Origin: an uncultured Candidatus Saccharibacteria bacterium
Lineage (GTDB): Bacteria > Patescibacteriota > Minisyncoccia > Phycocordibacterales > UBA2100
Direction: 5' to 3'
Length of the DNA stretch: 64,000 bases
Assembly: GCA_964399865.1 (NCBI GenBank)
Contig: CAYNRJ010000001.1
Coordinates: 330,050-394,049 of the forward strand
Made by a program: the position numbers and the translations under genes. This document shows positions 10,580 through 20,330 of the stretch, in pieces (position 1 is the stretch's first letter; each line of letters starts with the position of its first letter). The notes under the pieces were generated by a model that was given only the letters and a program-made list of their open reading frames with translations, was not told the DNA's origin and did not search any database.

Positions 10580-11389
10580 TTAATTGCGCGCATAGTCATC
10601 CTCGAAGCGAGTAATGTCGCTTTCTGTTGGCTCACCAAGAGCCACTTCAATAACTGTTCCTCCCGTCTCAGAGCTGAGGCGATGGACATCACCTTTTCTT
10701 ACCATAAAACCTTCTCCCTCTTTTAATATCTTCTTCTCGGTAACAACAGGCTCTCCGTTTACGAGGTTGCCTTTTTCGGCCAGCACTGAGCCACGGACAC
10801 AGAACCAAAATTCTTCACGATTTTCATGAGCCTGCAGACTCAAACGATGGCCCGGATCTACGACGACCGTTTTCACCCAATAGTTCTTGCCTGCATCGAG
10901 CACACGAAACTGCCCCCACGGACGAATATCCTTTCCTACATCCTTAACAGCATTCGTGAGCCACGAACTCGACTGCACCTTCCCCCCTTCTCCAATACCA
11001 AACACCATTTCAATTCCATACTTTTTGCATATAGCTGCTTCTGGAATATCGGCTTCGGCTTTCCTATCGCCTCCGTTTGCAAAAATGTCGGGTTTCAGAG
11101 TTTCGAGTTCGCGACAGACTGATCTATCTGGATCGTTCTCTACATGCCCAGTGATAACTACTTCGTCTACATAGGGAAACTCTGCGATAATCTCGGCACG
11201 TTCCTTTTCTGGCATGAATGCAAAGCCTTTCTTCGTTCGGAGCCAATTGTCATTGTTTAAAATAACGATGAGCTTGTCGCCAAGTTCTCTCGCCCTCTTG
11301 AACATGCGAGCGTGCCCAATATGGATCGGATCAAAACCACCCGAAACTGCCACAACTTTTTTTGTCTTCTTTGTCTTTGTTGGCGTCAT
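10580..11389 (-). CDS. Cytidylyltransferase-family (HIGH) nucleotidyltransferase fused to a mannose-6-phosphate-isomerase-like cupin
   Basis: SGGFDPIHIGH, ANGGDR, KVQSSS; then RPWG...RLSLQAH..REEFW...DITRFEDDY. Confidence 0.85.
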   Translation of the reverse strand: MTPTKTKKTKKVVAVSGGFDPIHIGHARMFKRARELGDKLIVILNNDNWLRTKKGFAFMPEKERAEIIAEFPYVDEVVITGHVENDPDRSVCRELETLKPDIFANGGDRKAEADIPEAAICKKYGIEMVFGIGEGGKVQSSSWLTNAVKDVGKDIRPWGQFRVLDAGKNYWVKTVVVDPGHRLSLQAHENREEFWFCVRGSVLAEKGNLVNGEPVVTEKKILKEGEGFMVRKGDVHRLSSETGGTVIEVALGEPTESDITRFEDDYARN

Positions 11390-11390
11390 A

Positions 11391-12347
11391 TTATTTTGTG
11401 TCGAAATTCTTACGCTTTCTCACTATATAGTGCGGTCGCCCTGCAACCTCGGTGTGTATGTTTGCTATATATAGAGCAATAATACCGAGCGCCGTGAGAA
11501 CAACCCCGATCAAGAAGACGTTTATAATCGCGAGCTGCGCTGAACCTGAGACGTTCCAGCCGAGAGAATCCTTCATTGCATAGCGCTCTATCAAGACAAC
11601 GACGCCGAGTACGCCTGACCAGAACGTTATAAATACTCCGAGGTAGCCGGCAAAGCGAAGCGGGACGAGAGAGTTTGAAACAAAGGAGTGAAGCGCTAAA
11701 GCAACTAGTTTTCGAGGAGTGTATTTCGCAACGCCGTGTAGACGCGCTGGAGCTTCAAAAAATACGTACTCCTTTTTAAACCCGAGCCAGTTAATAAGCG
11801 CGCGGGTCATACGGTCTCTCTCGGCAAAAGTCCTGAACGCATCCGCAACGGCTTTATCAATAAGGCGGAAATCAGTCTCGCCGTGTTGCATACCGACATC
11901 TGAAATGAGTCGAATGACATGATAGAAGAACGCAGAGCCCAGTTTCTTTATGAATCCTTCGTTACTGTTGCGCGTACGGACCCCGATGACGACTTCCGCG
12001 CCCTTCTCCCATTTCGAAACAAATTCGTGAATAAGAGAGGGCGGGTGCTGCATGTCTGCATCTATCATGATGACTGCGTCGCCTCCTGCCGCCTCAATAC
12101 CTGCGGTCGTTGCCATTTCTTTGCCGAAATTTCTACTGAACTCGATAAGTTTTACGTTCTTATCTGTTGCGACTAAATTTTCGATCGCGGTCCCCGTCCC
12201 ATCTGTACTGCCATCGTTCACGAAAATGATCTCGAATTCGTACGCGTGCATTCCCTCGAGGGTAGTGCGGAGTGCCTTATAGATAGCAGGAACATTTTCC
12301 GCCTCATCAAAGACCGGCACTATCACTGAAAGTAGTTTCTTATTCAT
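11391..12347 (-). CDS. GT2 polyprenol-phosphate glycosyltransferase (GtrB/ArnC-like)
   Basis: VNDGSTD, FSRNFGKE, DADMQHPP, DFRLID; two C-terminal TMs. Confidence 0.9.
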   Translation of the reverse strand: MNKKLLSVIVPVFDEAENVPAIYKALRTTLEGMHAYEFEIIFVNDGSTDGTGTAIENLVATDKNVKLIEFSRNFGKEMATTAGIEAAGGDAVIMIDADMQHPPSLIHEFVSKWEKGAEVVIGVRTRNSNEGFIKKLGSAFFYHVIRLISDVGMQHGETDFRLIDKAVADAFRTFAERDRMTRALINWLGFKKEYVFFEAPARLHGVAKYTPRKLVALALHSFVSNSLVPLRFAGYLGVFITFWSGVLGVVVLIERYAMKDSLGWNVSGSAQLAIINVFLIGVVLTALGIIALYIANIHTEVAGRPHYIVRKRKNFDTK

Positions 12348-13639
12348 ATCGACCGAGTCTTAGGAATAAATATTGTGAGGAAATAGTTAGCAATGAGAAG
12401 AGCGAGAAGCGCGACCGAGGAAATCACAAACATGTTCGTAATGTTTTGAATCGTCCCGTGATTCCAGATAATAAGAGCGATCTCTATGAGAATACCTGCG
12501 CCTAGGAAGTACATGAAGGAAGTATTGCGAACCGCGACGAAATAATTGATGAACACTATAGAGAGCGCCATGCATGAGATCGCGATAGCAAACGTGCCGA
12601 GGTATGGGGCAATATTTAAGTAACTAGCACCGAAGAGAAGCGACACCACAAATCCTGGGAACATCGAGAAAAACGCCCACGCAGCGGCGGAAGCAGCTGA
12701 GATTATTGCGAGGGAGAGCGCCAAGATACGGTGCTCACGGCCACGACCTTCTGCATACGCGGCGGAAGCAAATGGGAGGAGTGCAGTGATAAAGGCACCC
12801 GATCCATAGAGAAGTATCTTCCCCACGGTCGAGAGTGCTCCGTACTCACCCGCGAGAGCAGGAGTGAGGAAGTGTTTTGCAAGAAGAACGTCTATGTTTG
12901 AAAGAAGTGCGAGAAAGAGAGTCGTAACGAAAATAGGAACAATCGCGTAGAAAGTGGTCGGAATGCGAGAGGTAAGTACTTCTGTTTCGGTCTCTTTCTT
13001 AAGAAGCTTGTGCGTAACGATGAATCCAAATACCCAGCTCACTACTGCAGCAACTACGAGAGCAAACACCACTCCCGAAACTGTAAGACCAAGGAGGACG
13101 AGACCAACTCCAAGAGCGAGCTTCACGAGCGTCGAGAGAACACTCTGCTGTGAGAGAAGGAAAAACTTATGCATTCCCTGCAGAGTCCCCGACTGGAGCG
13201 CTGCGGCTAATGTCACCGGAACAAGAAAACTGAAAATGATGAATGGAAGCGTATGGATGTGTAAAAGCTTTGAGAATACAGGTGTGAGAAGAAGAAAAAT
13301 GATCCAGAGAGCCACGCTAAACACGAATACGTGGGGGCGAAGGACATAAAACACATATTTAATAGAAGAGTTCCCTTCTGAGAGGCGCGAAGCTGCCTCT
13401 CTACTCATGAACATAGTGAGCGCTGTCGCGGGTACGGAGACTATCAAAAATAAGCTGAGAATGGCTGCCACTTCTCCGAAATCCTCCACCGAAAGGAGGC
13501 GCCCCATGAGTAGGGTGAATACGTAATTGAGGACGTTTACTACAAAGGAGCCTGCAAAGATAACCGATCCGGCTGTGAAGAAAGATCTGTCAGCGCCAGA
13601 AAAGAACGCACTCAGGCCGAAATAAGGTTTTGGGGACAT
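12344..13639 (-). CDS. Oligosaccharide flippase (Wzx/MOP family)
   Basis: About 12 TMs; LSVEDFGE, NIDVLLAKHFL...AGEYGALS. Confidence 0.85.
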   Translation of the reverse strand: MSPKPYFGLSAFFSGADRSFFTAGSVIFAGSFVVNVLNYVFTLLMGRLLSVEDFGEVAAILSLFLIVSVPATALTMFMSREAASRLSEGNSSIKYVFYVLRPHVFVFSVALWIIFLLLTPVFSKLLHIHTLPFIIFSFLVPVTLAAALQSGTLQGMHKFFLLSQQSVLSTLVKLALGVGLVLLGLTVSGVVFALVVAAVVSWVFGFIVTHKLLKKETETEVLTSRIPTTFYAIVPIFVTTLFLALLSNIDVLLAKHFLTPALAGEYGALSTVGKILLYGSGAFITALLPFASAAYAEGRGREHRILALSLAIISAASAAAWAFFSMFPGFVVSLLFGASYLNIAPYLGTFAIAISCMALSIVFINYFVAVRNTSFMYFLGAGILIEIALIIWNHGTIQNITNMFVISSVALLALLIANYFLTIFIPKTRSI

Positions 13640-13735
13640 ATTTTTGTAGTGCGAAGCCGTCGCTTAATACCATAATTTTGGCTTAAAATCAAGACTTCTC
13701 ACCCCTTTAGGTCGCCCACGCAGTGTACCCTAAAC

Positions 13736-13966
13736 TTAATGAAGATTTAGTGAGTATCCTTCAGCTATGAGAGCTTTGGAACGGCGATAATTGATGAAAT
13801 AGCGACAAAGAGTGGCTATAACCAGTAGGAGGTAGACGCTTGTCAAAACAAGAAAACATACGGCGAGCCAGAAATTGCCCGACTGCATGAGGAGGTACCC
13901 CGCATACATCCCAAGGGGCGAAAGTGGTGCCCCTAATCCTCCAGTCCCTGCGTTAAAATTAAGCAT
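13736..13966 (-). CDS. Small membrane protein downstream of the processive GT2
   Basis: 76 aa; hydrophobic stretch followed by basic residues; starts 4 nt after the GT2 stop. Confidence 0.6.
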   Translation of the reverse strand: MLNFNAGTGGLGAPLSPLGMYAGYLLMQSGNFWLAVCFLVLTSVYLLLVIATLCRYFINYRRSKALIAEGYSLNLH

Positions 13967-13970
13967 ATGA

Positions 13971-15233
13971 TTATTGCGTGTTAGTCCCCCAATGTCTTTC
14001 GGTATACCCGATCAGGCGGAAGAATCTCCTTCCAGCATGTGAGAAAGATTTAAGAGATCCCTCACTTTTTTCTAAAACAAAATGTCGTAAGACGTTGAAC
14101 AATGAGAACGAGTACGATCCAATAAGAACAAGTGTGGTCAGCGATCCGTATACGAACTCCGGCAAAAGACTGAGGCGCAGCATCCAGTCATACTTATCTT
14201 TCTCTTTATAACGTCTCATCAGCCACAGTTGGAACGCATACCAGATAGCGAGTTGGAAGAACGATAAACCTATTATCCACTGCGCGATGATCGATGGAAC
14301 GTATCCTGAGCTATCAGTAAGAAGAAGGATAATGACCATGGTGACCGTCGCGAGAAAAAGAATGTGCCCTACGAGATCTTGGAATATTGCCGAGGGTCGT
14401 GTAACTCCAGCGACAACGGTAATTCCTCCGTACGACCAACGAGTCCTTTGTCGCCAAAATTTAGAAAAGGTCTCAGGGACGATGGTCCACGCGGGAGCAT
14501 TCGCTGCGGCCTTAACACTCCATCCCGCCGCTTTGAATCGAGTGGTCACCTCATAATCTTCAATGAGATGACCTTCTTTAAAGCCCTTCGCATCTTTAAG
14601 GGCGGACGCGCGAAAGGCTGTGAGCATGCCGTGCATGACGAGGGGCCCTCGGAGAAAGCCCTCGTCGGCGAGGCGCACGGCGTTGAAGCCGACGTATTCG
14701 AGCGCCTGAAGACGTGTGAGAAGATTTTTATTTTTATTGAACACACGACACTGAGAGCACACTGCCCCGAGCACATCGTCACTCATGAGTTCTGTGACAA
14801 GATTTCGAACAGTCTGCGGCGCGATGGCAACATCGTCATCAACTGTCAGGATCACATCAGGAGTGTACGCGCCGTGATCATCGAAAATATATTTAAGTGC
14901 GTAATTTAAAGCTCCCGCTTTCAATTTATTTACTGGTGTACGGAGAAGTGTCACCCGACTGGAAAGCGTAGCTATCTTTTGAAATATTCGAGTGCTTTCT
15001 ACATTAGAAGGGGCCGTGCAATCGTCCACCACGAACACAAAGAGGTTCTTGTCGGAGGCAAGAAGGTCTTCAATAAGCTTTAGGGTTATTTCCCCCGGCG
15101 CATGCGTAGGGACGATCGCACAAATATTTGTTTGCTCGTATGCAAAGGGAGTCCGCGTATGACGGGCGGGGAAAAAGAAAGTCTTAGGATCAATCTTTAC
15201 AGGATTCGGATGTAGCTTGGAATATGACAACAT
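13971..15233 (-). CDS. Processive GT2 (cellulose synthase/PgaC/IcaA-like)
   Basis: VVDD, KAGALN, VDDD, IED and RQRTRW (QxxRW) motifs; C-terminal TMs. Confidence 0.88.
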   Translation of the reverse strand: MLSYSKLHPNPVKIDPKTFFFPARHTRTPFAYEQTNICAIVPTHAPGEITLKLIEDLLASDKNLFVFVVDDCTAPSNVESTRIFQKIATLSSRVTLLRTPVNKLKAGALNYALKYIFDDHGAYTPDVILTVDDDVAIAPQTVRNLVTELMSDDVLGAVCSQCRVFNKNKNLLTRLQALEYVGFNAVRLADEGFLRGPLVMHGMLTAFRASALKDAKGFKEGHLIEDYEVTTRFKAAGWSVKAAANAPAWTIVPETFSKFWRQRTRWSYGGITVVAGVTRPSAIFQDLVGHILFLATVTMVIILLLTDSSGYVPSIIAQWIIGLSFFQLAIWYAFQLWLMRRYKEKDKYDWMLRLSLLPEFVYGSLTTLVLIGSYSFSLFNVLRHFVLEKSEGSLKSFSHAGRRFFRLIGYTERHWGTNTQ

Positions 15234-15325
15234 AACCCATTTGGGTATGCCGGTTTCCCTACCCTCATATTCTACCGCGACCTATTTTGCAAAGATACTT
15301 GCCAAACTATGGGAGCCGTGCGGCA

Positions 15326-15886
15326 CTAGCGAAAACTTGGAAAATTTATGAATAGCCGTTCAAAAAAGGCTTTGAAGCGATCATTCCCAATCTTTGTTGA
15401 GGTGGACGAAGGCTGCTTGAAGAGCGGTGTGCTTGATGCCTTCACTAGGTGTTTATCAAACCAGGAGAAGAATGATCGTTTCGTGGTCGAAGCAATTTCC
15501 TTTTTCGGGATGAATTTCGAGGATGATGTGCCCGCAGTGGCATCTCCCCCAAATCGTCTGGTGATGACTTCCTTTTCGATTGTACCGTCTGATTCCGTTT
15601 GAATCTCTACTCGCACTGTCGTTCCGTTGCCCCCCGTTACGATATTCCGTACACGCGCCTCAGCACTCGTGTCCCCTGTCGAAACTGCTTTTCCTCCAAC
15701 GAATGTTCCACTTTCCGAGGTCGTGACTGTCTCGGAAGTCATGCCGCCATTTGCCTTTGAGACTATCGAGGATACGAACGAGCTGGTACCGGAATTGGAG
15801 AAAGTGATGTCCACGACATTTTCAGCGTGAACAGAAAGCGGGAGAACGATGACTATTGAGAGAGCGCTATACAAAATTCTTCTCAT
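15326..15886 (-). CDS. Secreted Ser/Thr-rich protein with one TGD-type repeat
   Basis: Signal peptide ending VHA; GGKAVSTGDTSAEARVRNIV; Phe-rich amphipathic C-terminus. Confidence 0.75.
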   Translation of the reverse strand: MRRILYSALSIVIVLPLSVHAENVVDITFSNSGTSSFVSSIVSKANGGMTSETVTTSESGTFVGGKAVSTGDTSAEARVRNIVTGGNGTTVRVEIQTESDGTIEKEVITRRFGGDATAGTSSSKFIPKKEIASTTKRSFFSWFDKHLVKASSTPLFKQPSSTSTKIGNDRFKAFFERLFINFPSFR

Positions 15887-15902
15887 ATAGTCTTACTGTG
15901 TA

Positions 15903-18900
15903 TTAATCCGATTTCGGTACGAAGCTCGAGAACCATGAGCCAAATGATTTTGCCAAGCTGTCACTCGTCTCAGAAGACGACTTTTTCGTCGTAGTTGTAA
16001 CTACTTTCTTAGCTGGTGCAGGAGCTGATTTTTGCGCAGCTGGAGCCGCTGCAGGTGGAGTCTCTTCTGCAGGTGCAGTTGTTACTGGCGCAGCTTCTGT
16101 GAAAGTTTCAACCGGAGCCGCAGGTGCCTCGACCGGCGTGACCTGTCCGCACGCGAGTTCGTTTATTTTTTGGCGCGTACTCGCATAGACACTACCCGTA
16201 GGCTGAGTGAGTCCGAGTGGTGTCAGGATTTCACTTGCATATTTCTGTTGGAATATTTTCACCGCGCTCGCCGTCATTTGGCCATACAAAATTGATTCGT
16301 ACCCAGGAGAACCTACTCCCATTGCAGCGACTCGAGTATCCGGAGATGCGTTCAAGAATATCTGGAGTTTCTTCACTTCCTCATGACGCGTACCGAGGCG
16401 CAAATTCATTGTCAAAAGCGGTGTGCATGCTGCGCCAGAAGGAGCTGGGCTGGTAGCACCTAGTACTTGCGGTTTCTTCACAGCAAACTCAACCTCCGCC
16501 CAAGCTTCAGCGGGCGGCATCTTTATGATTTGATCCGCAACCCACGTCTCATTGCGCTGTCCTGTGACACGTGCGACGTTTTTATAGACACCAGCCATAG
16601 TGGTCTTTTGCGGGAATTCCACAGAGTACGTGAGGGTGATCTCATCACCAGGAACTAACGTAGCAAGATTCCATGATCGCGTGTATACAACTTTTCCATT
16701 TGGCGCGTACATAGTATCCGTTAGTATCGCGCGATACGCTGGCTGAGCAGTCTTGGCATTTTTAACGACCACGACATAGTTCGTTGTAGTAGTTGTCGCT
16801 GTTGTTGAAATACTCACGTCTTTTTGTACCGAGACCATGGGATCAACAGTTCCATTGATTCTGGCGTCGGGTGTTGAGACACCGGACTTTACTCGTACGA
16901 TTTCCAAATCCTTACCGAGGGAACCAGCGACAGCGGTCGAAGCTGGAGCCGTTCCCGTAGGGTTGGTGCCCGCTGCAATAGCACTCCCTCCACCACCTCC
17001 GCCACCACCACCTCCACCCCCTCCAGAAGATCCGCCGCCTGAGCTTCCACCACCAGAGGATCCCCCACCTGAAGAACCACCGCCCGATGAGCCGCCCCCT
17101 GACGAACCACCTCCAGAAGAACCTCCGCCGGATGAGCCACCACCAGTTGAGGCAGGCGTACAAGAAGAACCAGTCCATGTGCCCCCACCTACAGAACACG
17201 TTGCGTCTGCACACGGCGTTGTGGTCTGATCACCCGGAACGTTCGGACAGACGTCTGTTCCTCCACCACCAGTTGACGCGGGAGTACAAGAGGAGCCGTT
17301 CCATGTGCCGCCTGTTGTTGTGCATGTTGTATCTGCGCACGGAGTTGAGCTTTGACTCCCTGGCACATTTGGACAGACATCACCCGGACCGCCACTACCA
17401 CCGGATGAACCTGAGCCAATTGTGATTGAATACGTGCCCGTATTATCGTGATCATTTTGATCATGCTCTGTCGATGTAACTCGTGTCGTGAGCGGCGTTG
17501 AGAGGGACGTACCTGTCGCCAAACTCTGCACGAGAATGCGCACGTCCATCGTTACTTCTTTTGTAGCGCCCCCTGCAATTGTGCCGAGGTTCCAGCTCCT
17601 ACCCGCAGCTGTGTTTGAGCTGAGTGGAGTACTTCGTAGAAAGTTGAGAAGTGTTTTGTTGTACTCGGCGGTGAGAACTACGTTTGACGCAGGCGCATCA
17701 CCATTGTTCTTGACCTTGAACTGGTACTGTAAGTCACTCCCTGGTGCGTATGGGCTTGTGCCATTGGTGACAGTTTCGACAGTGAGATCTGGACTGTGAC
17801 TACCGAACGAAATATCTCCACTCCAGTCACCGAAGATGTTGAACGATGCGAATATCCAGTCTCGGTTCACGATGTTCGTGTTGACCATGTTGATGATGTT
17901 CGCAGCTGCGTATGCATCACCTGTTGAAATTGTTCCCACTCCATCCTCAGTTTCTGTTGAGTTTTCTCCGGTAATCGCTTGCACATCAACATCGGTTGTC
18001 ACCGTGGCCATGTTCGTTGAAGTGGCCAAGAAGTCTGAAGAGTTAAACAGTCCACCAGTGCCAGCACCTCCCGTTGAACCTTGTGAATATACTTCGATCA
18101 ACCAGCTCGTATTGTCGGAAGAACGCGTAGCTCTCCAGGTCATTCCCTGTGGCAGACCCTGGATACTTCCGCTCCAGCTACCCCACACGCGGAACGATAG
18201 GAGGACAGATGCGCCGCCGACACGTGTCTGGTTTGCTGCGGTGTAACTATTTGACGACGTGTAAGCATTTCCAGAAGAAATTTCACCATGTCCTAGTGCA
18301 GTTGAGGTGGCCGCGTTCTCTCCTGTAATAGCTTTCGCGGTCGTCGTTCCAAAGAAATTTTCATCGTTATCATTGCTGACGACATATGAGCTTGAGTTCA
18401 TTGCAGGGAGTGTATTGCCGCTCGCGAGAAGGTCTTCAAAGAAAGTTGCTGCAGGAAGCACGATGTCGTCATTCAAATCACCGAAGTTGTTCATCGAGAG
18501 AAGCAGGTAGCTTGAGTTGATGAAGTTTGTGTTGACGAGGTTAAGGACGTTCGCTGCAGCGTATGCGTCCCCTGTTTCTATGGATACGTTACCTGCCCCG
18601 ATTGCTGTGCCGGCGTTTTTTCCGGTTTCTGCGCGGACATTGACGGTGTTCTTAACAGTCGCTTCGTTCTTGTTGATGATCTTTAGATCCGAACTGTTGA
18701 GACAAGTGAGGATGGTGCAGCCGTACTGAGTCGGACTAGCTCCAGGACCACCGTCATAGAAATATGAAAGGTCGAAATCACGAAGGTCGAAGCCATCGCC
18801 GTTCATCGGATTGAGGAAGAGGACGAGTCCGTTCGAGTTAAAGAGGTTTGTGTTAACCACGTTCATGACCTCCGCTGTCGACACTGCCTTTCCGGTTTTA

Positions 18901-19763
18901 ATCATTGCAGACCCCTGATCCCCTCCGGTTGCTGTGTTTTCACCTGTTCGTGCATGTGTATCATCAGCTGTCGTAAGCTCTGCCCAGTTGTCGGCAGACG
19001 CAGTAATTTTCGAACTGTTGGTCGTGCCAGGTCCATCTACGTTTGCACGCGTAATGTTGAGAATATTTTTTACATTAGATGCGGCCGTCGCGTTTCCGGT
19101 AAATACAGTGCCTCCACTCTTTGCACCTGTGTTGTCTTCGTCGCCAGCGACTATGAACTGCGGATCATTCGCGGCCATTTCTGTTGAGGTCGCACTGAGA
19201 TCAACTACAGGACGGTTATCGTTTGGATTAGGTGCTGCGGGTGTACCGATGTTATTGAAGTCTGTGTTATCAGTGTCGCTTTCCTCTGGTGGTACTTCCG
19301 CTGAATCTGTCGACGAGGTGGAAGATGGAGTAGTGTCTACTTCTGCAAACGAGCACGAATCACCGGTCCACAATCCGCCATTTGTCTGACACTGTAAATC
19401 GGCACATGGGCCGACACTCTGACTCCCTGGCACATTTGGACAGACATCCGCTGGTGGTGGCGGCGGAGTATCTGGCATGTCGCATTCGGTACCTGTCCAA
19501 GTGCCACCTGCAATTCCACACGCCGTATCAGCGCATGGACCACTTCCCTGATCACCGGGAACGTTCGGACATACATCGGGAGGCGGCTCTGGTACATCAC
19601 AGAATGTTCCATTCCATGTGCCTCCTGCTCTGTCGCAGTCTCTCTCTTGTATGACATCCGCGTACGCATATTCGCCAACCGGGAGAAGAGGACCGCATAC
19701 CAGAACAACTGTAAGGACTACAGTCAAGAAGCGGTATGCCAAGTTTAAAATTGTTTTATTCAT
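15903..19763 (-). CDS. Large secreted multidomain surface protein (Cys repeats, TGxN/TGDA repeats, DUF11-like Ig domains, Gly-Ser linker, PG-binding-like domain)
   Basis: Signal peptide; four DVCPNVPGxQ...C..GGxWxGxxC units; five Asn-rich repeats; PDLTV...KNNGDAPASNVVL DUF11 signature; EEVKKLQIFLN...TASAVKIFQQKYASEIL. Confidence 0.85.
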   Translation of the reverse strand: MNKTILNLAYRFLTVVLTVVLVCGPLLPVGEYAYADVIQERDCDRAGGTWNGTFCDVPEPPPDVCPNVPGDQGSGPCADTACGIAGGTWTGTECDMPDTPPPPPADVCPNVPGSQSVGPCADLQCQTNGGLWTGDSCSFAEVDTTPSSTSSTDSAEVPPEESDTDNTDFNNIGTPAAPNPNDNRPVVDLSATSTEMAANDPQFIVAGDEDNTGAKSGGTVFTGNATAASNVKNILNITRANVDGPGTTNSSKITASADNWAELTTADDTHARTGENTATGGDQGSAMIKTGKAVSTAEVMNVVNTNLFNSNGLVLFLNPMNGDGFDLRDFDLSYFYDGGPGASPTQYGCTILTCLNSSDLKIINKNEATVKNTVNVRAETGKNAGTAIGAGNVSIETGDAYAAANVLNLVNTNFINSSYLLLSMNNFGDLNDDIVLPAATFFEDLLASGNTLPAMNSSSYVVSNDNDENFFGTTTAKAITGENAATSTALGHGEISSGNAYTSSNSYTAANQTRVGGASVLLSFRVWGSWSGSIQGLPQGMTWRATRSSDNTSWLIEVYSQGSTGGAGTGGLFNSSDFLATSTNMATVTTDVDVQAITGENSTETEDGVGTISTGDAYAAANIINMVNTNIVNRDWIFASFNIFGDWSGDISFGSHSPDLTVETVTNGTSPYAPGSDLQYQFKVKNNGDAPASNVVLTAEYNKTLLNFLRSTPLSSNTAAGRSWNLGTIAGGATKEVTMDVRILVQSLATGTSLSTPLTTRVTSTEHDQNDHDNTGTYSITIGSGSSGGSGGPGDVCPNVPGSQSSTPCADTTCTTTGGTWNGSSCTPASTGGGGTDVCPNVPGDQTTTPCADATCSVGGGTWTGSSCTPASTGGGSSGGGSSGGGSSGGGSSGGGSSGGGSSGGGSSGGGSSGGGGGGGGGGGGGSAIAAGTNPTGTAPASTAVAGSLGKDLEIVRVKSGVSTPDARINGTVDPMVSVQKDVSISTTATTTTTNYVVVVKNAKTAQPAYRAILTDTMYAPNGKVVYTRSWNLATLVPGDEITLTYSVEFPQKTTMAGVYKNVARVTGQRNETWVADQIIKMPPAEAWAEVEFAVKKPQVLGATSPAPSGAACTPLLTMNLRLGTRHEEVKKLQIFLNASPDTRVAAMGVGSPGYESILYGQMTASAVKIFQQKYASEILTPLGLTQPTGSVYASTRQKINELACGQVTPVEAPAAPVETFTEAAPVTTAPAEETPPAAAPAAQKSAPAPAKKVVTTTTKKSSSETSDSLAKSFGSWFSSFVPKSD
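16985..17145 (-). repeat. (GGGSS)n plus poly-Gly coding linker
   Basis: About nine GGGSS units then a Gly run; codons are diversified. Confidence 0.85.
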
Positions 19764-19813
19764 GTTTCCCTCTATGAGCCCTCAACTTCTATACCGTATA
19801 GCACAGTGGGTCA

Positions 19814-19872
19814 AGACCTCATGAGAAGGAGGGATGATCGATTCCTTGTGAGGAACCTCATCCCTCTCCCCT
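19814..19872 (-). promoter_or_regulatory. Intergenic hairpin with conserved 21-nt tail (copy 1)
   Basis: agacctcatgagaaggaggga is identical to 24414-24434 and adjoins a stem-loop. Confidence 0.6.
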
Positions 19873-19897
19873 TGTACGTATCTGCTTGAAAGAACTA

Positions 19898-20320
19898 CTA
19901 CTTTCGGAATCGAGAGATTATGGTGTGAACGAGTGTAATGAAGCTCACCTCCTCCGGCTCTTGATCGAGATTCTCGACTTCCTCCTCTGCGGTGCCATCA
20001 AGGTCGTCGCTCGCGAAATCCTGCGGATTTGGATCGCTCTCAATGAGGTCGTTTAGTAACTCCTGCGCGAGCGCTTCATTCACATTCACATCTTGTGGAT
20101 TTGTATTCGTCGCGCCATTCCCTCCCGAGCTCCCTCCACTGGTGCTACCGGTGCCACCCGACGATCCTTCAGTCGTAGTCGTTGGCCTGGCGAGTCCTGC
20201 ATCGAGACGAAGGGACGTTCTATCTGCTGCGTGCGCGAGCGGAGTGAACGCGGCTGCGCATACGAACGCTACGAGAGTGATCGCGAGCTTTGCTTCTATT
20301 CGAGTTAGATACGTAGACAT
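19898..20320 (-). CDS. Small secreted acidic protein
   Basis: Signal peptide ending AHA; Gly/Ser/Thr linker; acidic region; amphipathic basic C-terminus. Confidence 0.75.
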   Translation of the reverse strand: MSTYLTRIEAKLAITLVAFVCAAAFTPLAHAADRTSLRLDAGLARPTTTTEGSSGGTGSTSGGSSGGNGATNTNPQDVNVNEALAQELLNDLIESDPNPQDFASDDLDGTAEEEVENLDQEPEEVSFITLVHTIISRFRK

Positions 20321-20330
20321 AGTTGATTAA

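Noticed and set aside
16985-17145. GGGSS tract as a DNA slippage or phase-variation locus
   Set aside because: Synonymous codons differ between units, so the repeat is maintained at protein level.
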